A stretch of 64,000 nt of DNA from Candidatus Acidiferrales bacterium (GCA_965247455.1 CBDFHE010000018.1:404566-468565), one strand, 5' to 3'; shown: positions 1 through 9,259, counted from the first letter of the stretch. Numbers and translations: made by a program. The notes: generated from the letters alone by a model not told the origin.

Positions 1-2
1 CG

Positions 3-158
3 GTGATGGAGGCCTTGCTCTCTGGGGGCGAGGACGAGCTCGACATCCTGGCTGCCATCAAAGCCTTGCGCGATCATGGCGACGTCGAACTGGTTCGGGT
101 GACGGACGGAACCGAAACCGTGCGCGTCTGGATCGATTCGCAGAACACTCCCGAGTAG
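3..158 (+). CDS. C-terminal end of a hypothetical protein (5' end outside window)
   Basis: Frame 3 is open from the window edge to TAG at 156-158 (..ILAAIKALRDHGDVELVRVTDGTETVRVWIDSQNTPE*). Codon usage resembles the neighbours. No family recognised. Confidence 0.35.
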   Translation: MMEALLSGGEDELDILAAIKALRDHGDVELVRVTDGTETVRVWIDSQNTPE

Positions 159-194
159 CTCATCCGCTGAAACGCGACAGGCCAGGAGAAGCAA

Positions 195-677
195 ATGCTG
201 CACCGGGAACGAGGGGCCACCGTCCTGACCGCGCTGCTGGTTCTGCTGGGCAGCTCGGTGGTGCTGGCTGGAGCGCTGATCTACCACACCGGGATCATCA
301 GCGTGCACGTGCAGACGAAAGGTCCTGACGGCAAGAACATCCGGGTGATGGTGCCGGCTTTGATCGTGCCCCTGGGGATGCAGTTCATCCCGGACGACAA
401 GCTGCGCCACGCGGCCAGGCAAATCCAGCCCTGGCTGCCGACCATCAAGGCTGCCGGGGCGGAGCTGGACCGGATTCCGGAAGGCACGCTGGTCGAGGTG
501 CTGAGTGAGCGGGAGACGGTTAGCATCGTCAAGCGGGGCAACTCGCTGGTGATTGATGTCAACTCCCGCGACGAAACTGTGCACGTCTCCTTTCCCGTCA
601 AATTGGTGCTTTCTATTGCAAAGGAGTTCGAGTCGGCCGCCCCACCCGCCGAAACGCCGGAGGAGAGCAAACCCTGA
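195..677 (+). CDS. hypothetical membrane-anchored protein
   Basis: 160-aa ORF with an N-terminal hydrophobic helix (VLTALLVLLGSSVVLAGALIY) and an acidic/Pro-rich tail. Same strand as the preceding ORF, 37 nt downstream. No domain recognised. Confidence 0.5.
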   Translation: MLHRERGATVLTALLVLLGSSVVLAGALIYHTGIISVHVQTKGPDGKNIRVMVPALIVPLGMQFIPDDKLRHAARQIQPWLPTIKAAGAELDRIPEGTLVEVLSERETVSIVKRGNSLVIDVNSRDETVHVSFPVKLVLSIAKEFESAAPPAETPEESKP

Positions 678-894
678 ACGCGTAGCCGTGGGGAAGGGAG
701 GAACCCAATAGTGTCATCGGCGACACCGCCTGGGCGCGCACACGTTCCGTCGGCACAACCAAAGTATTAGAATCGGGCGAGACCCACCCGGAAGGCAATC
801 AGGAACTGTTTATTTTCAAGCGCGACTCTGAGCACGGTTGGAAGATCTTGCGATATATCTTCACGACGACGAACCCCAGAAGTTGAGGTCGGGA

Positions 895-1899
895 ATGCCA
901 TCCACCATGCGAGCCTATGTACTCTATAATCCGGGCGGTCCAGACGCGTTGAAGCTCGTTGAGCTGCCGAGGCCGGAGCCGCGCGCTGGATGGGTCTCCA
1001 TCGCGGTGCGAGCATTTGGGCTCAATCGCTCGGAGTGGTTTACCCGTCGCGGCGATTCGCCCAGCGTCACGTTGCCGCGTGTGTTGGGAATAGAGTGTGT
1101 GGGGGAGGTTATCGCCAATCCAGGTGGCGACCTCAAAGAGGGGCAGCGCGTCGCTGCGATGATGGGGGGCATGGGCCGGCAGTTTGATGGCTCGTACGCC
1201 GAGTTTACCTGCATACCCCGGGAGAACGTTTTTGCGCTCGAAACCACGCTGAACTGGGCCCAACTCGGCGCCCTACCCGAGATGTTACAGACGACACACG
1301 GCTCACTGCATACCGGGCTGGAGATCAAGCGGGCCCAAAACATCCTCATCCGAGGCGGCACCTCCTCAATTGGACTGGCAGCCGCTGCCCTCGCCAAAGC
1401 CGCTGGGCTTCGTGTCGCGTCCACTACCCGCAACCCGGATAAGGACGCGCTGCTTCGCAGAGCCGGTGCGGACGATGTTCTGGTCGACCAGGGGGAACTC
1501 GCAGCCCAAGCCCAACAGGTGCAACCTGGTGGATTTGACCGTGTATTGGAGCTGGTGGGAACCACCACCTTGCTAGACTCGCTTCAATGCGCGCGCCGGG
1601 GCGGCATCGTGTGCATGACGGAAATCCTCGGCGGGAAGTGGGAGCTGGAGACCTTCCGTCCCATGGGGCACATCCCGACCGGCGTGAAGCTCACATCGTA
1701 TGCCGGAGAGTCAGGCGACATTACAACGTCGCAGCTGCAGGAATACGTCAAGCTTGTTGCCACGGGCGATCTCAAGCTGCAGGTGGGCCCGGTGTTTCGC
1801 TTTGAAAAACTCCGCGAAGCGCATGAGCTGATGGACGCAAATCGCGCCAACGGCAAGATCGTGGTTCTGACCCGAGGAGAAGACAACCTGGAGGGTTGA
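895..1899 (+). CDS. zinc-type alcohol dehydrogenase-like / NADPH:quinone oxidoreductase (MDR superfamily)
   Basis: Typical MDR layout: MRAYVL..GGPDALKLVELP..P, GIECVGEV, and a Rossmann segment ILIRGGTSSIGLAAAALAKAAG. The ORF opens at 838, but ATG 895 (or 907) fits family N-termini better. Confidence 0.85.
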   Translation: MPSTMRAYVLYNPGGPDALKLVELPRPEPRAGWVSIAVRAFGLNRSEWFTRRGDSPSVTLPRVLGIECVGEVIANPGGDLKEGQRVAAMMGGMGRQFDGSYAEFTCIPRENVFALETTLNWAQLGALPEMLQTTHGSLHTGLEIKRAQNILIRGGTSSIGLAAAALAKAAGLRVASTTRNPDKDALLRRAGADDVLVDQGELAAQAQQVQPGGFDRVLELVGTTTLLDSLQCARRGGIVCMTEILGGKWELETFRPMGHIPTGVKLTSYAGESGDITTSQLQEYVKLVATGDLKLQVGPVFRFEKLREAHELMDANRANGKIVVLTRGEDNLEG

Positions 1900-2153
1900 G
1901 GCCGGTCTGACGACCCAAGAAAAAGTCGGTCTGATCCACTCCATCAATCGGTCGGTCGGGACCTTCGCACCGGCGATACTGGCGAAAGTGGAGAATGTAT
2001 CCACCATGTGCACGATCTCGTTACTCACCTTGCCAGCCGGGATCTTACCCGGCCAGCGGATGAGGAACGGGGTTCGTAATCCGCCTTCCAAGTGGGTGAA
2101 GTAGGCGCCCCGCCAGGGGCCGCCGGGCGGAAAAGCGGCCCAAGCACCCCGTG
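1900..2153 (-). pseudogene. internal fragment of a sulfatase (arylsulfatase family), truncated at both ends and frameshifted
   Basis: The minus-strand translation ..AFPPGGPWRGAYFTHLEGGLRTPFLIRWPGKIPAGKVSNEIVHMVDTFSTFASIAGAKVPTDR matches the conserved sulfatase C-terminal core (..EGG.R.P.I.RWPG.I..G..S...V...D..PT....AG). The expected continuation PIDGVDQTDFFLGRQ is present only in another frame, so there is a frameshift near 1945-1950. The 5' side ends at a repeat hairpin (2161-2179); the 3' side runs into the convergent dehydrogenase gene. Confidence 0.65.
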
Positions 2154-2474
2154 GCAGGTGCCTGCCTACCGCAGGCAGGCCACGGGGCTCGGCGTGAGCT
2201 TCTCAGTTTCAAAGAGACCCACTGCCGAATTTTTCTCACCATGCCTTGCTGTCCGTTCTCCCCTTCGGTCGTCCAACCTTTTAGACTGAACTTTGAGAAG
2301 TGATAAAAAGATTCAGCCGGGCGGGTAACTCTTTCGCCACTCGCGCATCTAAAGTAGTGAAGAGAAGTTCCGAAAGAACGTTTTGGGGAAACATTTTCTT
2401 CCCCCGGTTCGTACTAGAGAGTGTAAGCGAAACAGTAATAGATGAGAAATTATTCATCATAGGAAAGAAAGAGC

Positions 2475-2729
2475 ATGGTTCCCCGGCGCGAGAAAAATCT
2501 GACCATTGAAGACCTGCGGAACCACCCCGCGGAGACCATCGAGAAGCTGCGCGGGCTGCTGGCCGCCGGGGCGCTGGCACACGCCGACCCCTGCCGCCCA
2601 GACTTCTACGAGCTCGAAAACGGCTCCCAAGTCTTCTACATCCACGTCTCCCCCACCAACGGCAAGGTCTTGCTGCTGGCCACCTGGCCCAAGGAGACGG
2701 TTCCCCACCTGGCCTCCGCCGCCGGTTAG
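2475..2729 (+). CDS. hypothetical small protein (84 aa)
   Basis: ORF with host-like GC-rich codon usage directly after an AT-rich patch; GGAAAGAAAGAG lies upstream of the ATG. No family recognised. Confidence 0.45.
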   Translation: MVPRREKNLTIEDLRNHPAETIEKLRGLLAAGALAHADPCRPDFYELENGSQVFYIHVSPTNGKVLLLATWPKETVPHLASAAG

Positions 2730-2846
2730 CGACAAGCTGAACCCGCGTTAAGCCCTTCCCTGGCACAGAACCTTCTATTCCCCCGCCCGGAATTCTTTCT
2801 TTTCTGGACTGCGCTCCTGCGTTAGGATGGGCGCGCTGCACCTGCC

Positions 2847-5255
2847 ATGAAGCGCCCTCGCAAACTCGTTCTCACCCTTGGCATCATTCTCCTGCTGGTC
2901 GTACTGCTGCCCGGGGGCGCTTTCTACTGGCGCCTGCGCCACGCCCTGCCGGCCTACGACGGTGAGGTCAAGCTGGCCGGCCTGCACCGGCCGGTGCGCA
3001 TCCTCCGCGACCCGCGCGCTGTCCCGCACATCTACGCGCAAGACCTCGACGACTTGCTCTTCGCCCAGGGCTTCGTCCACGCCCAGGAGCGCCTGTGGCA
3101 GATGGATTTCCTCCGGCGCGCCGCGCGCGGGCAACTGGCGGAAATCCTGGGAGCGGCGGCGCTGGAGCTGGACAAGCAGAATCGCCTGCTGGCCCTGGGC
3201 TCGGTGGCCGACCGCGCTTTCGAGGCCCTCAACGAGGAAGACCGCGCCCAACTGGAAGCCTACGCTGGCGGCGTCAACGCCTTCATCCACTCCCGCGCTG
3301 GCCCGCCGCTGACCTCCGGCCTGCCGGCCGAATTTGCCCTGCTCGGCTACCGGCCCGATCCCTGGCAGCCGGCCGACTCGCTGGCGCTGGTGCTGAACAT
3401 GTTCAAGACCCTCACCACCGTCTGGCGGTCGGAGCTGGCCCGCGCGCGCGTCCAGGAAATGCTGGACCCAGAGATGGCCAGCGACCTCTTTGTCACCGCC
3501 TCCGACCACGACCACCCCATCGCTGTCCCCGTGCGGCGCCCGCCCCGACGGCGACGCGAACGGGTCTTCGTGGCCGGGACGTGCCGGCACTCCCTCGACC
3601 AGATTGTTTCCACCACTGCCCTGCCGTTGGGCCTGTGCCGCGAGAACTGCGGGGCCAGCAACAACTGGGTGGTGGCCGGCGCCCATACCGCCTCCGGGGC
3701 GGCCCTGCTGGCCAACGACACCCACCTGCCGCACAGCAATCCCGCGGTCTGGTTCCTCAACCACCTGGTCGCGCCCGACCTGGACGTGGCCGGCTTCAGC
3801 CTGCCGGGCATTCCCTTGGTCATCATGGGCCACAACCGCGACATCGCCTGGGGCGTCACCAACCTGGAGGCTGACCTGCAAGACCTTTTCATCGAGCAGT
3901 TCGACCCCGACGACCCTTCCCGCTACCTCACCCCCAACGGCTGGCAAACCGTCCAGCGCCGGATGGAGCACATCAGCGTTCGCGGCGCCGACGATGTGAA
4001 CTTTGAAGTTCTGGAAACCCGCCACGGGCCCATCGTCCACCAAGACGGCCCGCTGAAGCTGGCATTGCAATGGACCGCCCGCGACACCACCCAGTTTTCC
4101 CTTCCTCTTCTTGCCCTCAGCCAAGCCCGCAACTGGGAGGACTTCCAGGCCGCGCTGGCCGACTGGGGCGCGCCGCCCCAGAACTTTGTCTATGCCGACC
4201 GCGCCGGCCACATCGGCTACCACGCCGCCGGCCGCATCCCGCTGCGCCGCACCGGGCGCGGCCACCTTCCCATGCCCGGGCACACCAACCGCTACGACTG
4301 GATCGACTACCTGCCCTTCGAAGCCCTGCCGCACACCTTCGATCCGCCGGAAGGAATCCTGGCCACCGCCAACAACCGAACCGTCCCCCGGGGCTACCCC
4401 TATCATGTGACCGACCGCTGGATGGCGCCCGCCCGCATCCACCGCATCTACCAAGTCCTGGATGGTGCCGCGGAGGAGGAGCGCAAGCTGACGCCCGACG
4501 ACCTTCTCCGCCTGCAAGGCGACATCCTCTCCCTGCCCGACCGCTTCCTGGCCCAGCAGCTCCGCGCTGCTGCCGAGGCCGCCTCCGACCATCCGCCCCG
4601 CCGCACCGAAGCGCTGGCCATCCTGGCGGAGTGGGACGGCCGGATGCAGGCCGACTCCGCCGCTCCCCTGATTGTCAATGCCACGCGGCGTCGCCTGCTG
4701 GAAGAGTTGCTGCGCCCGCACCTGGACGACGATTGGCGCGCCTACTCCTGGCCCATGGCCCCGGTGTTTCTCGAAGACGTGCTGCGCCAACGCCCGCCGC
4801 GCTGGCTGCCCGAGCAATACGACAGCTACGACGCGCTGCTGCTGGCTGCGCTTGACGCGGCGGTGGAACGCATCTTCCGCCGGACCCGCACCCCGGCGCT
4901 CAACCGCCTGCGCTGGGGCCAGCAAGTGCGGGTGCGCTTTGCCCATCCGGTTTGGGATCGGATTCCTCTACTGCGGAGCTGGTTCTCGGTCGGGGGGGAA
5001 ACCCAATCGGGCGGGCGCTACACCGTCAAGCAGACCCGTCGCACCGCCGGACCCTCGCAGCGGCTGGTGGTGGACTTCGCAAACTTGGACGCGACCCTGA
5101 TGAACATCACCGTGGGGCAATCCGGCCACGTCGCCGGCCCGCACTACCAAGACCAGTACCGAGCCTGGCTGGAGGTGCGCAGCTTCCCTGCCCCCTTCAC
5201 CGAGCTGGCGGTGGAGCGCGCCGCCCGCCATACCCTCCACCTGCTGCCCCGCTGA
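2847..5255 (+). CDS. penicillin acylase family protein (Ntn-hydrolase, peptidase S45; possible acyl-homoserine-lactone/beta-lactam acylase)
   Basis: 802 aa with an N-terminal signal/TM helix. Hallmark beta-subunit start GASNNWVVAGAHTASGAALLANDTHL, plus AQDLDDLLFAQGFVHAQERLWQMD. Confidence 0.9.
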   Translation: MKRPRKLVLTLGIILLLVVLLPGGAFYWRLRHALPAYDGEVKLAGLHRPVRILRDPRAVPHIYAQDLDDLLFAQGFVHAQERLWQMDFLRRAARGQLAEILGAAALELDKQNRLLALGSVADRAFEALNEEDRAQLEAYAGGVNAFIHSRAGPPLTSGLPAEFALLGYRPDPWQPADSLALVLNMFKTLTTVWRSELARARVQEMLDPEMASDLFVTASDHDHPIAVPVRRPPRRRRERVFVAGTCRHSLDQIVSTTALPLGLCRENCGASNNWVVAGAHTASGAALLANDTHLPHSNPAVWFLNHLVAPDLDVAGFSLPGIPLVIMGHNRDIAWGVTNLEADLQDLFIEQFDPDDPSRYLTPNGWQTVQRRMEHISVRGADDVNFEVLETRHGPIVHQDGPLKLALQWTARDTTQFSLPLLALSQARNWEDFQAALADWGAPPQNFVYADRAGHIGYHAAGRIPLRRTGRGHLPMPGHTNRYDWIDYLPFEALPHTFDPPEGILATANNRTVPRGYPYHVTDRWMAPARIHRIYQVLDGAAEEERKLTPDDLLRLQGDILSLPDRFLAQQLRAAAEAASDHPPRRTEALAILAEWDGRMQADSAAPLIVNATRRRLLEELLRPHLDDDWRAYSWPMAPVFLEDVLRQRPPRWLPEQYDSYDALLLAALDAAVERIFRRTRTPALNRLRWGQQVRVRFAHPVWDRIPLLRSWFSVGGETQSGGRYTVKQTRRTAGPSQRLVVDFANLDATLMNITVGQSGHVAGPHYQDQYRAWLEVRSFPAPFTELAVERAARHTLHLLPR

Positions 5256-5604
5256 ACTCCGACTTAGCTCGCGCAGTGGGCCGCGCGTCTCCAGGGAAAG
5301 CCCTTGCCGATTGGGTGGGGCAGACATTCTTGTCTGCCTTTCCGGCGCCGCGCAGACCGCCGCAGGGCGGGGCAGGCAGGAATGTCTGCGCTACTGTAAT
5401 TCTATTCTTGCACACCTCAGATAGCGGTGAAGAAGGCGTTCCTCGAAAAAGCGGATGCCCCTGTACGGAGGCCCCCGCTGTCAGGGTGCGAATTCAATCG
5501 TTCCGGAAAGCGAATCAACAACGGGGGGTTATTCCCAGAACTCAAGGCTCGGCGGGGTGCAAGACCCCGCCCTACCCGGGCCTGTACTGGACGATTTGGG
5601 GAAT

Positions 5605-6408
5605 CTACTCCTGTTCCTGCTGGCCGTACCAGAAGGCCACCCGCCCGATGACGCGGTCCTCCGACCGGAGGGAATGCTTGGGGAAGGCCTCATTGGCCGG
5701 CGTCAGAGCCCATTGCTCACCCAGGCGGTCGAGCCACCGGATTGTGATTGACCGGTCAATCTGCGCGACAACTATCTTCCCTTGGAGCTTGCGCGGGTCG
5801 CTTACAGCCGCATCCACCGCCACCAGGTAGCCTACCCCAATCAGGGGCGCCATCGAGTTGTCGCCCACTCGCATCAGAGTGGTCGTTTCCGGGTGCGGAA
5901 CCCAGGAGCGCGGAAACACGAAGAAATCCTCCACGTCGTCTTCCTCGATCAAGCGTGGCCGCCCGGTCGCCGCCGGATCCATCAGCAGCGGCAGCATGAC
6001 AAAGCCGGACTTGGGCTTGCCGGGGCCGCTGCCCTTGATGCGAGGCCCGGAGACGATGGTGATCTCCGGATAGCGGCCTGCCATGCGCAGGTCCAGCAGC
6101 CGCGCCTCGACCTCCAGCGCCGCGGCGAGCAACTCTTCTTCGCTCAGGCCCGCCCGCGCCCACCAGAACCAGCAGTCCGGGTGCCCGGCCAATTTTCCCA
6201 GCTTGATGCAACTGGCGGCGTCAGGCTGCTTGCGGCCGGTCTCCCAATGGCTGACGGCTGATACAGTTACACCCAACTCGCTTGCCAAGCTGCTTTGTGA
6301 CATCCGCCGCTCTTCGCGCAGCTTACGTAACCTGTTAGGCCAGTCCGCTCGCCTATCAAAACTTTTCTCTTGACTACGGTTATGTGCCTTAGTATATGAC
6401 TTGGGCAT
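5605..6408 (-). CDS. XRE-family HTH / S24 (LexA/cI-like) self-cleaving repressor
   Basis: N-terminal HTH (LRKLREERRMSQSSLASELGVTVSAVSHWETG). C-terminal S24 peptidase signature VGDNSMAPLI (Ser nucleophile) with a downstream GKIVVAQI (Lys). Confidence 0.8.
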   Translation of the reverse strand: MPKSYTKAHNRSQEKSFDRRADWPNRLRKLREERRMSQSSLASELGVTVSAVSHWETGRKQPDAASCIKLGKLAGHPDCWFWWARAGLSEEELLAAALEVEARLLDLRMAGRYPEITIVSGPRIKGSGPGKPKSGFVMLPLLMDPAATGRPRLIEEDDVEDFFVFPRSWVPHPETTTLMRVGDNSMAPLIGVGYLVAVDAAVSDPRKLQGKIVVAQIDRSITIRWLDRLGEQWALTPANEAFPKHSLRSEDRVIGRVAFWYGQQEQE

Positions 6409-6654
6409 ATGAGAGCGAAATTTAGCGCCGCTAAATCTCTACGAAACAGTAGCCGCCCGCCGAGCCTAGGTCAACTGCTTCGCTGGAAGCGCCATTGGGG
6501 CCTCTACAGTCGGGTGGCGCGCCGCCAGAAGCTTTCCCCCCAACACGTACAAAGAGTTGCCAGCGGCGAGCGGAGATCGCGGCGGGTTGAGCACGCTCTT
6601 GCCGAGGAATTGCGAAAACTCGGCACCGCATGGAACCACCGAAGGCTGCATTGA
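6409..6654 (+). CDS. small Nlp/Ner/Cro-like DNA-binding protein (start uncertain)
   Basis: The C-terminal two-thirds reads like a short HTH regulator (LYSRVARRQKLSPQHVQRVASGERRSRRVEHALAEELRKLG). It is divergent and abuts the repressor start codon, so the real start or the promoters must overlap. Confidence 0.4.
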   Translation: MRAKFSAAKSLRNSSRPPSLGQLLRWKRHWGLYSRVARRQKLSPQHVQRVASGERRSRRVEHALAEELRKLGTAWNHRRLH

Positions 6655-6742
6655 GTGTGACGACTACCCTAGCACTGGGAGGTCTCGGCACCGGCGATTC
6701 ACATGAAAGTGCACGGACACCAGCCTCATAAGGAAGCTACCA

Positions 6743-7012
6743 ATGAAAAACTTAAAGAGCAAATCCATCCGCGTCGCTGACCTGGATGTAACCATCGAAA
6801 CCATCCTGAAACGGCAATACGACAGCTCCATTACAGTAACCGTCGCAGGTACATGCGGAAAATCCTCCTACGTTGGCACCACGATGATTCCCCCCAACCC
6901 CAAAGCCACCCAGGAACAAGTCGAAAAGGACGTAGATGACTTCTGCGAGAGCATTGCACGCGAAGCTGCCGGGCGGGAAAAAGTCCGACGGTTGGCAGAG
7001 AAATTGACCTAG
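6743..7012 (+). CDS. hypothetical protein (89 aa), lower GC than surroundings
   Basis: ATG preceded by AAGGAAG. Lys/Glu-rich and noticeably AT-richer than flanking genes. No family recognised. Confidence 0.4.
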   Translation: MKNLKSKSIRVADLDVTIETILKRQYDSSITVTVAGTCGKSSYVGTTMIPPNPKATQEQVEKDVDDFCESIAREAAGREKVRRLAEKLT

Positions 7013-7151
7013 GAACACAGTCGAAAGCAATCCGAGATTCTGTAAGCCATCACCCCTGCCACCCGGTTCTTCGGGCCTGCCTCCCGCCTTACCGCCGATC
7101 AATTGTTTGTCTGTCGGAGTTGCGTTAGAATCGCATTTCACAGGAGGGCGC

Positions 7152-7409
7152 GTGACCAAACCCGTTTTTGAATCCTCGTTGCACCGCCTGGAGCAGATCG
7201 TCAAGAAGCTCGAAGCCGGCGACCTGGCCCTGGACGAGGCGCTGAAACTCTTTGAGGAAGGCATCGGCCTTTCGCGGCAGTGCCAGAAGCAGCTCGAAGA
7301 GGCGGAAAACAAAGTCGAGGTCCTGCTCAAGAAAGCCGACGGCAAGGTGGCCGCCCGCAAGTTCGCGCCCGAAGGCGACGAAACCACGAAAGCCAAAAAA
7401 GACAGCTAG
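7152..7409 (+). CDS. xseB: exodeoxyribonuclease VII small subunit
   Basis: FESSLHRLEQIVKKLEAGDLALDEALKLFEEGIGLSRQCQKQLEEAENKVEVL is the typical XseB helical hairpin. GTG 7152 is preceded by AGGAGG (7143-7148). Confidence 0.85.
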   Translation: MTKPVFESSLHRLEQIVKKLEAGDLALDEALKLFEEGIGLSRQCQKQLEEAENKVEVLLKKADGKVAARKFAPEGDETTKAKKDS

Positions 7410-7444
7410 GCTGCGCCCGGAGCCGCCGCCCTGCTGCACTCCTG

Positions 7445-8329
7445 ATGGTTCTAACTACTCGCCTCCAAAAACACCGCGCCCGGCTGGACAAGCGCTTCCA
7501 GCGCTTGTTGCCACCGGCGCAGGAAGCGCCGCTGACCCTCCATCGGGCGATGCGCTACTCCGTTCTTGGCGGGGGCAAGCGCATCCGGCCCATCCTCTGC
7601 CTGGAAGCGGCCGCCGTCTTCCGCCGCCCGCCGGCCGGAATCGCAGACCTTGCGTGCGCCATCGAGTTCATCCACACCTATTCGCTCATCCACGACGACT
7701 TGCCGGCGCTCGACAACGACGACCTCCGCCGCGGCCGCCCCACCTGCCACAAAAAATTCGGCGAAGCCGCCGCCATCCTGGCCGGCGACGCTCTGCTGAC
7801 GCTGGCCTTTGAAGTCCTGGCCCGGATGCGCCGCCCCGCGCCCAGCCGCCGCGCAGAAATCATCCGCGAACTGGCCGCCGCCGTCGGGACCCGCGGGGGA
7901 ATGATCGCGGGCCAGATGGCCGACCTGGAGGCGGAAGGCCGGCGAGTCTCAGCCCGCCAACTGGAAGCCATCCACCACGGCAAGACCGGCGCGCTCATCC
8001 GCGCCAGCGTCCGCACCGGGGCGCTGTTTGCCGGCGCCGACAGGCCAAGCCTCCAGCGCCTAGGCCGCTTCGGCGCCAAGCTGGGCCTGGCGTTCCAAAT
8101 CGTGGACGACGTTCTCGATGTGCGCAGCTCCACCCACCGCCTCGGCAAAACTACTCACAAGGACGCGGCCCTCGGCAAGGCGACCTATCCTGCTGTCCAC
8201 GGGTTGGAAAAATCGCAACGGATGGCGGGCAAACTGGTGCAGGAAGCCTGCGCTGCGCTGAAGCCGTTTGGCCGCCGCGCCGACACCCTGCGAGAAATTG
8301 CCCGCTACCTCCTCACCCGCGCCGCCTAG
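7445..8329 (+). CDS. ispA: polyprenyl (farnesyl/geranylgeranyl) diphosphate synthase
   Basis: GGKRIRP, a first Asp-rich motif LIHDDLPALDNDDLRRGRPT, a second motif FQIVDDVLD, and classic synteny after xseB. The ATG at 7445 was chosen over the longer ORF from 7280, which overlaps xseB. Confidence 0.9.
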   Translation: MVLTTRLQKHRARLDKRFQRLLPPAQEAPLTLHRAMRYSVLGGGKRIRPILCLEAAAVFRRPPAGIADLACAIEFIHTYSLIHDDLPALDNDDLRRGRPTCHKKFGEAAAILAGDALLTLAFEVLARMRRPAPSRRAEIIRELAAAVGTRGGMIAGQMADLEAEGRRVSARQLEAIHHGKTGALIRASVRTGALFAGADRPSLQRLGRFGAKLGLAFQIVDDVLDVRSSTHRLGKTTHKDAALGKATYPAVHGLEKSQRMAGKLVQEACAALKPFGRRADTLREIARYLLTRAA

Positions 8330-8509
8330 CGTCCTGTAAACATAGAAAGTAACGCGTAAATTCGCTGAAGAGCGGGCGCCCCGCCAATGGCGGGGTAAAC
8401 TCCGCACCTCTTCCAAACTGTCTTGTTGGGCAAGTCAACTCCGCACCCTCCAGGCATTTTTCTCCTCACGTTCCTCAGATGTCACCTATTTCAGTAATGC
8501 AACACTAGC

Positions 8510-9259
8510 TTGTACAATTCCACCGTGGCGCGCACTCGACTGGACAAGCTGGTGCTGGAACGCGGCCTGGCGCCGACGCGCGAGAAAGCCCAGGCGCTCA
8601 TCCTGGCCGGGCAGATTCACCTCAACGGCCGGCGCGCGGACAAAGCCGGGATGCCGGTGCCCGCCGACGCTCGAGTCGAACTGGTGGGCGAGGCGCCTCG
8701 CTACGTCAGCCGCGGCGGCGTCAAACTGGAGGGAGCGCTGGAAGATTTCAGCCTCGACCCGAGCGGCAAAATCTGTCTCGACATCGGCAGCTCCACCGGC
8801 GGCTTCACCGACTGCCTGCTTCAGCACGGGGGGGCGCGCGTCTATGCGGTGGACGTGGGCAAGGGCCAGCTTGACTGGAAGCTCCGGCAAGATGCGCGGG
8901 TGGTGGTCCGCGAAGGCATCAACGCCCGCCACCTCAAACCGGAGGACATCGGCGAGCCGGTGGATTGGGTCACGCTCGACGTGGCCTTCATCTCCGTCGC
9001 CAAGATTCTTCCCGCTGCTCTGGCCTGTGCCCGGCCCGGCGCCACCTTCCTGGTTTTGGTGAAGCCGCAGTTTGAGCTCAGCCAGAAGCAGGTCGGCAAA
9101 GGCGGCATCGTCCGCGACCCGGCCCTGCACCGCCAGGCGGTGGAAAAAGTCTCGCAGGCAGCGGTGGAGGTGGGTCTGGGCGAAATCCAAGTACGTGAGT
9201 CGCACCTGCCCGGCGCCGAAGGCAACCGTGAATTTTTTCTCTGCGCCCGTCGGCGCTAG
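8510..9259 (+). CDS. tlyA: TlyA-family rRNA 2'-O-methyltransferase (hemolysin A-like)
   Basis: N-terminal S4-like RLDKLVLERGLAPTREKAQALILAGQIHLNG followed by an FtsJ-type SAM fold (CLDIGSSTGGFTDCLLQHGA). Confidence 0.85.
   Translation: MYNSTVARTRLDKLVLERGLAPTREKAQALILAGQIHLNGRRADKAGMPVPADARVELVGEAPRYVSRGGVKLEGALEDFSLDPSGKICLDIGSSTGGFTDCLLQHGGARVYAVDVGKGQLDWKLRQDARVVVREGINARHLKPEDIGEPVDWVTLDVAFISVAKILPAALACARPGATFLVLVKPQFELSQKQVGKGGIVRDPALHRQAVEKVSQAAVEVGLGEIQVRESHLPGAEGNREFFLCARRR

Noticed and set aside
838-894. Longer N-termini offered by the ORF track: 838 for the dehydrogenase, 7280 for ispA, 22031 for hpt, 30941 for the methyltransferase, 46575 for the propeller gene, 57088 for the cytochrome and 58761 for the amidase.
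   Set aside because: The extensions overlap upstream genes or have non-homologous, shadow-like composition. Internal starts with an RBS and family-typical N-termini were preferred, but these starts remain unverified.
2775-4946. 723-aa ORF antisense to the penicillin acylase gene. Similar long antisense ORFs occur at 8486-9724, 11805-13607, 15516-16772, 20643-22103, 22388-24289, 25529-27097, 26927-27886, 44815-46620, 49073-51349, 53001-54188 and 57427-58692.
   Set aside because: These are typical shadow ORFs of a high-GC genome. Their translations are Gly/Ala/Arg/Pro/His-rich with no recognisable motifs. In every case the opposite strand encodes a protein with clear family signatures.
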